Source: Bryobacterales bacterium (GTDB lineage Bacteria > Acidobacteriota > Terriglobia > Bryobacterales > UBA6623). Taken from it: a stretch of DNA of 64,000 bases. This document shows positions 37,444 through 46,050 of the stretch, one piece after another. The notes beneath the pieces were generated by a model, which did not search any database, was not told the DNA's origin, and was given only the letters and a program-made list of their open reading frames with translations. The DNA is taken from NCBI GenBank assembly GCA_022823865.1, contig JAJEHF010000002.1:34731-98730 (forward strand). Reading direction: 5' to 3'. Every line of letters starts with the position of its first letter. Position 1 is the stretch's first letter. The translations under genes and the position numbers were made by a program.

Positions 37444-37590
37444 ATGAAGGAACGCGTATTCACTGGTCGATCGGTGGCTCTCGGCTCGGCGACCGGCACA
37501 GTCGTGTCGGTCATGCTCGGCGCGTTCGGCATAGATTGGGTGTTGGCGTGCACGACCGGGCTGGCCGCCGGTGCCTTCGTGCTGCCTTGA
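37444..37590 (+). CDS. unannotated 48-codon hydrophobic ORF (two TM-like segments)
   Basis: Below the ORF-track length cutoff. GGAG lies 7 nt upstream of ATG 37444. It translates as MKERVFTGRSVALGSATGTVVSVMLGAFGIDWVLACTTGLAAGAFVLP. Its TGA overlaps TTG 37587 of the next gene (TTGA). Confidence 0.4.
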   Translation: MKERVFTGRSVALGSATGTVVSVMLGAFGIDWVLACTTGLAAGAFVLP

Positions 37591-38048
37591 CGCCATCGAA
37601 AGCGCACACCCTGTCCCGAGTACAGCTAGCGATAAACGTGCCCGACCTCGACAAGGCGATCGCGTTCTACTCCCGCCTGTTCGACACCGCCCCCGCGAAG
37701 GTGAAGCCCGGCTACGCGAACTTCGCGATTGCCGATCCGCCACTGAAGCTGGTCCTGTTCGAGGGTCGAGAGGGAGCGACCCTCAACCACTTGGGCGTCG
37801 AGGTTGAGACGGCCGACGAGGTTGCGTCGGCCGAACGGCGCCTGCACCGGGCCGGGCTCGAGACGACCGGCGTCGAGGACACGATCTGCTGCTATGCAGA
37901 GAAGACGGAGACGTGGATGGCCGACCCCGACGGAGCCCGCTGGGAGTGGTACGTGAAGCCGGGAGACGTCGGGCAACTCCACCAGACGGCCGTCGGCCGC
38001 CGCTCGTCCTGCGCAGACGACAGCGCACCCGCAACCTGCTGCTCGTGA
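37587..38048 (+). CDS. ArsI/CadI-family VOC (glyoxalase-fold) metalloenzyme
   Basis: C-terminal part of ORF 36879..38048. SRVQLAINVPDLDKAIAFYSRLFDTAPAKVKPGYANFAIADPPLKLVLFE...LNHLGVEV and the vicinal Cys pair TICCYAEK. The start is uncertain (TTG 37587 or CTG 37611). Confidence 0.8.
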   Translation: MTPSKAHTLSRVQLAINVPDLDKAIAFYSRLFDTAPAKVKPGYANFAIADPPLKLVLFEGREGATLNHLGVEVETADEVASAERRLHRAGLETTGVEDTICCYAEKTETWMADPDGARWEWYVKPGDVGQLHQTAVGRRSSCADDSAPATCCS

Positions 38049-38061
38049 GCCCCGCGCGCCG

Positions 38062-38490
38062 CTACCGCAACGGGTTCTGCCACTCCAGACCATCAAACCG
38101 GGCGAAGTCACCATCGGTCGAGCAGAGAACGAGGCCGTGCTCGATGGCCAGAGCCGCCAGGTGGGCGTCGGGAACGAGATTCGCGCGGCCCTCCGCACTC
38201 GCCATGAGCGGAGCGAGCACATCCTGATGGCGCTCCGTCGGCAGTGGGACCCAGACCGACCGTGTCGCGAGCCATGACTCCACCTGCAGCCACGCGGTGG
38301 ACACCGCGGCGGGCCGATCGAAGATGCGCGGATTGCTGACAATCCGCACGAAGGCCAGCAGACTGGGCCACGGAATCCCCACGGGAGCGGCGGCATTGAT
38401 GCGGTCGTCCAACCACGTACGCGCCCGCTCGTGCTGCGGGAATGAAGCCACGTGCGCGTAGACGAGCAGGTTGGCGTCGACGAGGATCAC
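38062..38490 (-). CDS. vapC: PIN-domain toxin VapC
   Basis: GTG 38490 inside ORF 38062..38631. VILVDANLLVYAH ... PDAHLAALAIEHGLVLCSTDGDFARF. It has a 4-nt overlap with the upstream antitoxin. Confidence 0.85.
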   Translation of the reverse strand: MILVDANLLVYAHVASFPQHERARTWLDDRINAAAPVGIPWPSLLAFVRIVSNPRIFDRPAAVSTAWLQVESWLATRSVWVPLPTERHQDVLAPLMASAEGRANLVPDAHLAALAIEHGLVLCSTDGDFARFDGLEWQNPLR

Positions 38491-38735
38491 CGGAAATCCT
38501 CGCCTTCCGCGACGGCAAGTGCTTCGGCGACGTCGTCGAGGCTGCCAATCCGACAACGACCCAGATCCGCGGCCGGCGTCCTGTAGGCCGCCGGCTGGCC
38601 GGACGGAGCCGCCATGGCGCGCAGACCGCACCGCAGCGCCTCGTTCACGACCGCCTTGAAGCTCTGACCGCGCACCCGCTGCATTCGTTCGGCCAAGGCC
38701 GCCACGTCAGGGTCCAATGTCAATGTGGTACGCAT
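38487..38735 (-). CDS. vapB: VapB-type antitoxin
   Basis: 82 aa. The N-terminus MRTTLTLDPDVAALAERMQRVRGQSFKAVVNEALRCGL is typical of antitoxins paired with VapC. Confidence 0.8.
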   Translation of the reverse strand: MRTTLTLDPDVAALAERMQRVRGQSFKAVVNEALRCGLRAMAAPSGQPAAYRTPAADLGRCRIGSLDDVAEALAVAEGEDFR

Positions 38736-38736
38736 G

Positions 38737-38760
38737 CATCACATCATAGAAGATGTGATG
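38737..38760 (-). promoter_or_regulatory. candidate vapBC operator
   Basis: Perfect 9-bp inverted repeat CATCACATC-atagaa-GATGTGATG, starting 2 nt upstream of the vapB start codon. Confidence 0.5.
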
Positions 38761-38799
38761 TGTTGATGCTGATCGTTCGTGCCTGCTCACGCCGCGACC

Positions 38800-39074
38800 G
38801 CCTCGGCGCCGCCACGCTCGTGCCGCTCGCCAATGCCCGCGGGCAGGCCCTCGCCAACCGAATGCTTGCCCGCTCGGGCGGCAATCTCCTCTTCGAGAAA
38901 CAGGGCGTCCAGGGAGTGCCCACCTTCGCCGAAGCCGCCCAGTGCATGCTCGAACGGAAGCGCGACGGCTGGCGCAGTCGGTGGCATGCTCAGAACTGGT
39001 GGCGCAGCATGGAGCGGTACGTGTCCACTCGCGTCGGCAACCGACCCGTGTCCGAGGCGGATCGCGGAGCGTGA
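38800..39074 (+). pseudogene. tyrosine-integrase N-terminal fragment (remnant)
   Basis: ...ARGQALANRMLARSGGNLLFEKQGVQGVPTFAEAAQCMLERKRDGWRSRWHAQNWWRSMERYVSTRVGNRPVSEA matches the arm/SAM-like N-terminal region of phage-type integrases. It then stops, and no catalytic domain follows. Confidence 0.6.
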
Positions 39075-39409
39075 TGCGCGGGCAGCCAAGCAGCGGGCGA
39101 GCACGGCAGAGCAGGCGACAAGCGCGGCGAAGCAGGAGGCCAGCGCAGCGGACGAGCGAGTGCGGGCACTGGAGGAGCAACTCCGCGCCCTCACGGCCGA
39201 TGCCGCTCCAGCCGAGCGCGACCGCTAACTGCCAGTCCGAGGCACTGGGCGATACCATCCGCCCGCCACAAAGCTCGGGATTGGCGCAGGATTGCAAGTC
39301 GGCTCACTCCCTTGAACTCCTAAACAGACCCGCAATCGCCGGTCTCGCTGTCGATGATGGGTAGGCGCTTGAGTTAGGATTCGGGACCGCAATACCTGGT
39401 TGGTCTGAG

Positions 39410-39685
39410 GTGCGCCTCACTAGCTGTACCGTGACCTTGTGCGGCAGCCACACGGTGAAACCGCCAGCCGGACACGAGTCCTTTCCGCTGCGCTTCAGTT
39501 GGATTGCCAAGCGTCTGGAGACGCTACCAAACGATCCCGCAGCAGGCGACCATAATTGGAATCGTCGGCGCGACTGCGGTACCATGCGGCTACTCGGTTC
39601 AGAGCCGTCCGACGGTCCTGCTGCTCACTGGCCTTCCAACCAGCCTGAGTTGCTGAACGGCGCGGTGACGCACGCATGCCGGTAG
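39410..39685 (+). pseudogene. DUF4007-like N-terminal fragment (remnant)
   Basis: 39470-39511 encodes GHESFPLRFSWIAK, which resembles the conserved N-terminal motif of DUF4007 proteins. The rest of the frame is not protein-like and runs into the ABC gene. Confidence 0.3.
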
Positions 39686-40548
39686 TAGACGTCGACGGGC
39701 TGACCTTCACCTACGCGTCCAGAACGGCTCCTGCGGTGCGCGATCTCCGCTTCAGCATCGACCAGGGTGAGATTTTCGGGTTTCTCGGGCCGAACGGCGC
39801 GGGCAAGTCGACCACACAGAAGCTACTGATCGGGCTCCTGCGGGGCTATCGGGGCACCGTCTTGGTGCTGGGCCGGGATCTCGCGGACTGCGAATCCGAC
39901 TACTACGAGCGGATTGGTGTTTCGTTCGAGTTGCCCAACCACTATCTCCGGCTGACCGGCCTAGAGAACCTCAGCTACTTCCAGGCGCTTTACCGGGGCG
40001 AGACCCGACAGCCGGAGGCGCTACTCGAGATGGTCGGGCTGGGGGACGACGGCGAGCGCCTAGTCGCCGAGTACTCCAAGGGCATGAAGACGCGGCTCGG
40101 GGTGGCGCGCGCCCTGCTCAACGATCCGCAACTGATATTCCTGGACGAGCCGACGGCAGGGCTCGACCCCGTCAGCAGGCGGCGCATACGGGACCTCATC
40201 CGGACGATGAAGAAGGCGGGCCGCACCGTTTTCCTGACCACGCACGACATGACGGTGGCGGACGAGCTATGCGACCGCGTGGCCTTCATCGTCAACGGCG
40301 AGATACAGGTCGTCGAGTCGCCGCACGAGCTGAAGCTGGCCCACGGCGCACAGACGGTCGCGATGGAGTACGACCTAGACGGCCGCCCCGGGCGGCGCGA
40401 GTTCCCGCTCGATGGGCTCGGCACCGACGCCGACTTCCTAGCCCTGCTGCGCGAGGCCACCGTCCACACCCTGCACACTCAGGAAACGACCCTCGAGGAC
40501 GTATTCCTGCGAGTCACCGGCCACGGCCTGCGGCAAGCCGATGCATAG
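39676..40548 (+). CDS. ABC transporter ATP-binding protein (ABC-2 exporter type)
   Basis: Walker A GPNGAGKST, signature YSKGMKTRL, Walker B LIFLDEPTAGLD. Confidence 0.92.
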   Translation: MPVVDVDGLTFTYASRTAPAVRDLRFSIDQGEIFGFLGPNGAGKSTTQKLLIGLLRGYRGTVLVLGRDLADCESDYYERIGVSFELPNHYLRLTGLENLSYFQALYRGETRQPEALLEMVGLGDDGERLVAEYSKGMKTRLGVARALLNDPQLIFLDEPTAGLDPVSRRRIRDLIRTMKKAGRTVFLTTHDMTVADELCDRVAFIVNGEIQVVESPHELKLAHGAQTVAMEYDLDGRPGRREFPLDGLGTDADFLALLREATVHTLHTQETTLEDVFLRVTGHGLRQADA

Positions 40549-41248
40549 GCTGGCCGCCACCGTGCGCCTAGACCTCCGCCTGCAGATGCGGAACGGCTTC
40601 TACTATGCGGTGGCCTTCGTGTTGGCCTGCTGGTTCGTCGTGCTCACCCGCCTTCCCGCGATCGACTGGGGTTACGTGCTGCCTGCCGTCGTGTTTGGCA
40701 ACCTAGTGATGATCAACTTCTACTTCGTGGCCGGCCTCGTGCTGCTCGAGAAGGGCGAGGGGACGCTGGAGGCCCAAGTGGCGACGCCCCTCGCTAACTG
40801 GGAGTACCTGGCCTCGAAGACGCTGACGCTGGCCGCGCTCGCGGTAGTCGAGCAGCTGGTCATCGTCTGGTCTGCGTACGGAGGCGGATTCGCGGCCGGC
40901 CCACTGGTCGTCGGCGTAGTGCTGGCGGGCGTCCTGTACACGTTGACCGGCTTTCTCCTCGTCGCCCGCTACCGGTCGATCAACGAGTTCATGTTTCCCT
41001 CGGTCCTCTTCACGGCCGTTCTCTCGCTACCGCTGCTGCACTATTTCGGCCTCTGGAACGCCTGGCTGCTCTATCTCCATCCCTTCGCGGCGCCGCTCGT
41101 GCTGCTGGGCGGGGCGTTCCGGCCGATTGCGTCCTGGGAGTGGGCCTACGGCGTGCTGTACTCTGCCGCCTGGGCCGGGATGCTGCTGCTCGCCAGCCAG
41201 CGGTCCTTCGACCGCTTCATCGTCGCCCGGGAGGGGGTGGGGGGCTGA
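40541..41248 (+). CDS. ABC-2 type transporter permease
   Basis: 235 aa with about 6 TM segments. It overlaps the ATPase stop by 8 nt. Confidence 0.75.
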   Translation: MHRLAATVRLDLRLQMRNGFYYAVAFVLACWFVVLTRLPAIDWGYVLPAVVFGNLVMINFYFVAGLVLLEKGEGTLEAQVATPLANWEYLASKTLTLAALAVVEQLVIVWSAYGGGFAAGPLVVGVVLAGVLYTLTGFLLVARYRSINEFMFPSVLFTAVLSLPLLHYFGLWNAWLLYLHPFAAPLVLLGGAFRPIASWEWAYGVLYSAAWAGMLLLASQRSFDRFIVAREGVGG

Positions 41249-41988
41249 TGCCGACCGCCATCGCGGTGATCCGCGCGCTCGGCCCCATCGACGTCAAGAG
41301 CGTCGCCCGCGACAGCATGCTGCGCTGGATGATCGGCATACCGATCGTCCTCGCTCTCGTCTTCCGCTGGGGCGTACCTGCCCTCGACAGATGGCTCGGC
41401 GAGCGGTACGACTTCGACCTCACGCCGCACTACCCTCTCCTCAGCAGCTTCCTCATGCTGATGATCCCGACGCTGATTGGCGCGGTCGTCGGCTTCCTGC
41501 TGCTGGATCAACGCGACGATCACACGCTCACCGCGCTGCAGGTCACGCCCCTCACCGTGCAGGGGTACCTCGCCTACCGCATCGCTGTCCCGATGGCCGT
41601 CAGCGTGCCCGTTATGATGGCGAGTCTCGCCATCGCGAATCTGGTCGAAATGGGTGTCGTCATGGCCTTCGCCGCCACGGTCCAAGCGGCTCTCACTGCA
41701 CCGCTCTACGCGCTGTTCGTCGCCGCGTTCGCGGGCAACAAGGTCCAGGGGTTCGCCCTGCTCAAGGGCGCGGGGGTGCTCACGTGGCCACCGGTTTTCG
41801 CATGGTTCATCGCGTCGCCGTGGCAGGTAGCGATCGGGCTCGACCCGCTCTATTGGCCGCTCAAGCTCTTCTGGATGCTCGAGGCCAGCGAACCCCGCGT
41901 GGCCCTCTACTTTCTGGTCGGCTTGGGGTACCAAGGGATCCTGATCGCGCTCTTGCTGCGGCGCTTCAAGGCCGTGATTGCTCAATAG
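41248..41988 (+). CDS. ABC-2 type transporter permease (second subunit)
   Basis: ATG 41248 overlaps the upstream TGA (ctgATGcc). 246-aa polytopic protein inside ORF 41140..41988. Confidence 0.72.
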   Translation: MPTAIAVIRALGPIDVKSVARDSMLRWMIGIPIVLALVFRWGVPALDRWLGERYDFDLTPHYPLLSSFLMLMIPTLIGAVVGFLLLDQRDDHTLTALQVTPLTVQGYLAYRIAVPMAVSVPVMMASLAIANLVEMGVVMAFAATVQAALTAPLYALFVAAFAGNKVQGFALLKGAGVLTWPPVFAWFIASPWQVAIGLDPLYWPLKLFWMLEASEPRVALYFLVGLGYQGILIALLLRRFKAVIAQ

Positions 41989-42560
41989 CGGTGCGGCGTG
42001 CCGCGAGCTCTCGGCTGCTAGTGCGATCCAGGTGAGCGCACGTGTTGGGCCGGTCCACGTTACGCTAGCCTGCGGTCGGCTAACCGGCTACCAGGGGGCG
42101 CATCAAGTTGCCGACAGCCTTGCTCCACTCACGAGGCTCTACTTCGACGATCCTCATGCCACCGATGGACACGCTACAGATGACAACGTCGCCATCCAGC
42201 GTGCGGAGAATCGCGGGGCTATCCGCTAAGTCCCGGCGGTCTCCCCCGTCTTGGGATCAGACTCGGTCAGCCGAGATGACGCGAGGCTGTCGAAAGGCTC
42301 CGCCCCGAGAACCATTTCTGCTCGCGGCCTGCTAGATCTCTGGGCAGGCCCGCGGTGGGTTCGCTCCGGATCGCTCACCGACGCCGGACCTGAGCGAACC
42401 CGCATTCTACAGTCAGACTCCCGCGCCGGACCCGCTAGACTCCTGAAGGGCCGCTCCGTTCTCCCTGAAGAGCGCCTTCCAGGCGCGGACCATTGCACGA
42501 TTGCCTTCTATAAGTCAGCTACCGTGAGCGACTTGCGCGGCTAGCGCCGACGCGGCCGCG

Positions 42561-43871
42561 TCAGCCCTGGATCAGGTCGAGGACCAGTTCCCGATCCGCA
42601 GGCGGCTGGGAGGAGATGCGGAAAGCATCTTCGACGAGTTGCTTGGCTTCCTCGAGATTCGCGTCGCTGTTGTAGTACAGCGCACACAAGCGGGTGCCGT
42701 TGACGACCTGCTGACCGACCTTGGTCTCCAAGACTACCCCAACCGCGGGATCGATGGCGTCCTCAGGGCTGCTGCGACCGGCTCCGAGCATCACTGCGGC
42801 CCTGCCAATGTCTTCGGCATTGATCCGGCTCACGTAGCCATCGCGCGGGGAGGTGATTGGTTCGGCGCCCGCTGGGTTGGGCAGTCGGGCAAAGTCTGTC
42901 AGCACCGTCGGGTCGCCGCCCTGCGCCTTGATCACGTTGCCAAACATCTGCAGCGCAGATCCGTCCAAGATCACGGAATTGGCACGCTCGCGCGCGTCTT
43001 CGATCGAGATGCTCGTGTCGGAAAGATAGATCATGCGGGCGGCCAGCTCCACCGACAGGCCGAGAACATCCTCGGGGCCTTGGCCCTGCAGTGTCTGGGA
43101 CACCTCCATGATCTCCAGGGCGTTTCCAACGGTGTAACCCAAGGGCTGTTCCATGTCGGTCAGCAGCGCCTGCACCTTGCAATCGTGCTTCCTGCCAATC
43201 GCGATCATCAGCTGGGCCAGACGGCGAGCCTCGTTGCGGCCCGACAGAAGCGAGCCCTTGCTGACCTTGATGTCCACCACCAAGCCCATGATCTCTTCCG
43301 CCAGCTTCTTCGACATCACAGAGGCGGCGATCAGAGCCAGCGAATCCACGGTCGCTGTCTCGTCGCGGAGTTCGTACAAGCGCTTCTCCGCCGGAGCCAG
43401 CGCGTTGCTCTGCTGGGCGAACGCCAGTCCGTACTCGCCCACGAGATCGGCGAAATCGGAGACCTCCAGATCTGTGCGAAAGCCCGGGATCGAGTTCAGC
43501 TTCTCTAACGACCCGATGATGTGGTCCGAGCCGCGCTCGACGATCATCGGCACGGCCACCCCAGCCGCCGCTGCGATCGGCGCCACGATCAAGGGCGTCT
43601 TGTCGCCAACGCCACCAGTGGAGCAGCAGTCCACCGTGGGCCGCATTCCATCGGGCAGTTCCAGCCTTTCGCCACACCGCAGCATCGCGGTTGTGAGCGC
43701 GGTCGCCTCCGCGTCGGAAAAGCCCGTGCAAGTCCCGGCCATCAGCAGGGCACCCATCTGGGCGTCGGAAATTTCATTCAGCGTGTAGCCGTTGATCAGG
43801 CGTTCGAAATCGGCCAGCCCGAGTTCATCTCCGCGCCGCTTGCACTGAATGAGGTCTACGATGCGATCCAT
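42561..43871 (-). CDS. deoA: thymidine / pyrimidine-nucleoside phosphorylase
   Basis: 436 aa. DAQMGALLMA, CSTGGVGDKT and the C-terminal PYNP domain. Confidence 0.9.
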   Translation of the reverse strand: MDRIVDLIQCKRRGDELGLADFERLINGYTLNEISDAQMGALLMAGTCTGFSDAEATALTTAMLRCGERLELPDGMRPTVDCCSTGGVGDKTPLIVAPIAAAAGVAVPMIVERGSDHIIGSLEKLNSIPGFRTDLEVSDFADLVGEYGLAFAQQSNALAPAEKRLYELRDETATVDSLALIAASVMSKKLAEEIMGLVVDIKVSKGSLLSGRNEARRLAQLMIAIGRKHDCKVQALLTDMEQPLGYTVGNALEIMEVSQTLQGQGPEDVLGLSVELAARMIYLSDTSISIEDARERANSVILDGSALQMFGNVIKAQGGDPTVLTDFARLPNPAGAEPITSPRDGYVSRINAEDIGRAAVMLGAGRSSPEDAIDPAVGVVLETKVGQQVVNGTRLCALYYNSDANLEEAKQLVEDAFRISSQPPADRELVLDLIQG

Positions 43872-44047
43872 ATTGACTTACCGCGTGAATGCACAATGCC
43901 CCATCCAGCCTAACGAGCAACGCTGGTCGGGCCGGCATGCGGCGTATGCGGGTACACAGATTTTCTAATTTACCACAGCGTATTCAAATGCCACAGAAAC
44001 TTGCGGTTACGTGCGCCCGCCCGGGTCGCGTCCGGACGCCACAGAAT

Positions 44048-44875
44048 CTAGCCGGCGTTGTCGAGCGGCGGCAACGCGTGCCGCTGGCGGCCGCGCGAAA
44101 CCTCGGCGAGAAGCTCCAGCAGATCTGAGGTCACCTTGCCGTTGGTGGCCACGATACGCAGGTCGCCCGGACGATAGCGGTTGCGGTCGAAGTCGCAGTA
44201 TTCCCCGCCTGCCTCGGAGAGCAGCACCAGCCCTGCGGCCACGTCCCACGATTTCAGCCCGATCTCCCAGAACCCCTCTAAGTGGCCCGCGGCCACCGCG
44301 CACAAGTCCAGCGCCGCCGAGCCGGTTCGCCGGACGCCGTGAGTGGCCATGGCCACCTGGTGAAAGTAGTGCGTGTTCGGGTTGGTCGCACGGATGGAGC
44401 TCGGAAAGCCTGTCGCGAACAAGCTTCGCCCGAGGTCTCCCTCGTCTGACACGCGGATACGGTGGCTGTTCAGATACGCGCCGGATCCCCGCTCGGCTGC
44501 GTACATGTCGCCGCGCACTGGATCGAAGATGACACCCGCCAGACCCTCCCGGCGGGACCACAGGCCGATGCTTACGCAGAAGCGCGGCAGACCGTGGGCG
44601 AAGTTGGTCGTTCCGTCCAACGGGTCCACGTGCCAGATCAACTCGCCGGCCCCCTCGAAGTTGCCACCCTCCTCAGCTACGATCGAGTGGCTTGGGAAAC
44701 GCGAGCGGATGCGTTCGACAACGAGACGCTCGGATGCCCGGTCAGCGGCCGTTACGGTATCGAAGCTGCCCTTGTGCTCGACCTGCACGTTGCCGTAGTG
44801 GCGCATTAGGACGGCGCCGGCCTCCCGTGCAAGCTCCGCGGCGAACGGAATGTAGTCCGGAGCGGCGAAGGGCAC
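44048..44875 (-). CDS. inositol monophosphatase family protein (SuhB-like)
   Basis: IVAEEGG and WHVDPLDGTTNFAHG motifs, plus the C-terminal WDVAAG. Confidence 0.9.
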   Translation of the reverse strand: MPFAAPDYIPFAAELAREAGAVLMRHYGNVQVEHKGSFDTVTAADRASERLVVERIRSRFPSHSIVAEEGGNFEGAGELIWHVDPLDGTTNFAHGLPRFCVSIGLWSRREGLAGVIFDPVRGDMYAAERGSGAYLNSHRIRVSDEGDLGRSLFATGFPSSIRATNPNTHYFHQVAMATHGVRRTGSAALDLCAVAAGHLEGFWEIGLKSWDVAAGLVLLSEAGGEYCDFDRNRYRPGDLRIVATNGKVTSDLLELLAEVSRGRQRHALPPLDNAG

Positions 44876-44928
44876 GCCTTCAGGCTACCAACCCCGTGCA
44901 AGGCGCATCGGCGCGACTGCCCTGCCGG

Positions 44929-46050
44929 CTACGGGCCGGGCCGGACTATCGGAGCCTTGCGAGTTCCCGAGCGCCGGGGCGGCCTCGTGACGGGTTCAGC
45001 GGGTTCCTCATTTTCCTCGTCCGCGACCCCCACTTGGGGCACGGTGCGCAAGCGGACCGGAGCTCCGATGCGGCTACGGCGGGCCGGCCGCTCCACGGGA
45101 CTCTTGGCGAAATACCCGCTGCGGGCCAGGACGACAGCACCCTCGCGAGCGACGCGCACCTCGACCTTGCGGAAGTCATCCGCCGGATTGAAGCCGTCGT
45201 CCGCAGGATAGAAGCCGAGCAAGTATTGCGTCCGCAGATTGACCAGCACCTCGTCGAACGCGGCATCCAAATCTCGGGCGCCGTACTGGACAAACGCTTC
45301 GCCCCCCGTGTGTTTCGCCAAGGTGATCAGGGCATGCTCCCCGCCCCGGTTCCGTCCGGCATCGCTCCGGATCGGCAGCACGATCAGAGGGTATATCGCG
45401 GCCTCGGCGGCATGGGCCGCGCGCAGCGCGTCATCAAAGTTGAGACCGCTAGTGGTGTCGCCGCCGTCGGTAATGATGACGATGACAGGGCGGCCGTCGC
45501 GCTGCTGCAGATACTGGGACGCGAGCAGGACCGCGTCATAGACCGACGTGCCGGTCTGCGGCCGAACCCGCCCCAAGGCGGCCGCAAGCTCTTTCTGGCT
45601 GCGAGTGAAATCGGCGAGGACCGTGACGTCAGCGGAAAAGGAAAGGACGGCAGCGGCATCGCCCGGCTGTGAGCCGGACCCCAGCAGTCTCTCCAAGAAG
45701 CGGCCCGCGGACTCCCTCTCGTAACGCAGCTCCACCGCCGTGCTCAGGCTTGCATCCACAAGCAAGACAACCGAAAGTGGCCTGTCAGTTCTCCGCTCGA
45801 ACACAGTGATTTCGCGCTGCTCGTCGGATTCGAGAATCTGGAAGTCCTCGCGCTGCAGGTCGCCGACTGGAGCGCCGCGAGCGTCCTTGACGGTTACAGG
45901 CAGGGACACCAGACGAACGTCTGCCGTAAACACGGCGGGCTCGATTTGCAGCGCCGTTGCGCAGGCGGCGATTGCGAGCGAGCCGAAGATCAGCCTGTGC
46001 CCGCCGCCGAGTACCTGGCTACCGAAGCGTCCCACTGGCCTTCTACCCAC
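44929..46050 (-). CDS. secreted VWA-domain protein (VWFA-related acidobacterial-type N-terminal domain)
   Basis: FTADVRLVSLPVTVKDARGAPVGDLQREDFQILESDEQREI, followed by the MIDAS-type LLVDASLST. The GTG 46050 start overlaps the moaDE 3' end by 61 nt, so the start is uncertain (alternative GTG 46035). Confidence 0.8.
   Translation of the reverse strand: MGRRPVGRFGSQVLGGGHRLIFGSLAIAACATALQIEPAVFTADVRLVSLPVTVKDARGAPVGDLQREDFQILESDEQREITVFERRTDRPLSVVLLVDASLSTAVELRYERESAGRFLERLLGSGSQPGDAAAVLSFSADVTVLADFTRSQKELAAALGRVRPQTGTSVYDAVLLASQYLQQRDGRPVIVIITDGGDTTSGLNFDDALRAAHAAEAAIYPLIVLPIRSDAGRNRGGEHALITLAKHTGGEAFVQYGARDLDAAFDEVLVNLRTQYLLGFYPADDGFNPADDFRKVEVRVAREGAVVLARSGYFAKSPVERPARRSRIGAPVRLRTVPQVGVADEENEEPAEPVTRPPRRSGTRKAPIVRPGP

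Noticed and set aside
36879-37586. The N-terminal 236 codons of ORF 36879..38048, which would make a 389-aa ArsI fusion protein.
   Set aside because: That part overlaps the epoxide-hydrolase-like gene in another frame and translates to Arg/Pro/Ala junk. Only the last ~150 codons match the ArsI/CadI family.
42090-42330. Minus-strand reading frames MVLGAEPFDSLASSRLTESDPKTGETAGT* and, shifted by one, ...LADSPAILRTLDGDVVICSVSIGGMRIVEVEPREWSKAVGNLMRPLVAG*. They could be a frameshifted small gene in the 570-bp gap after the ABC-2 operon.
   Set aside because: I recognise no family. Both pieces are short, and joining them requires an assumed frameshift. They are left uncalled; a blastx search would settle it.
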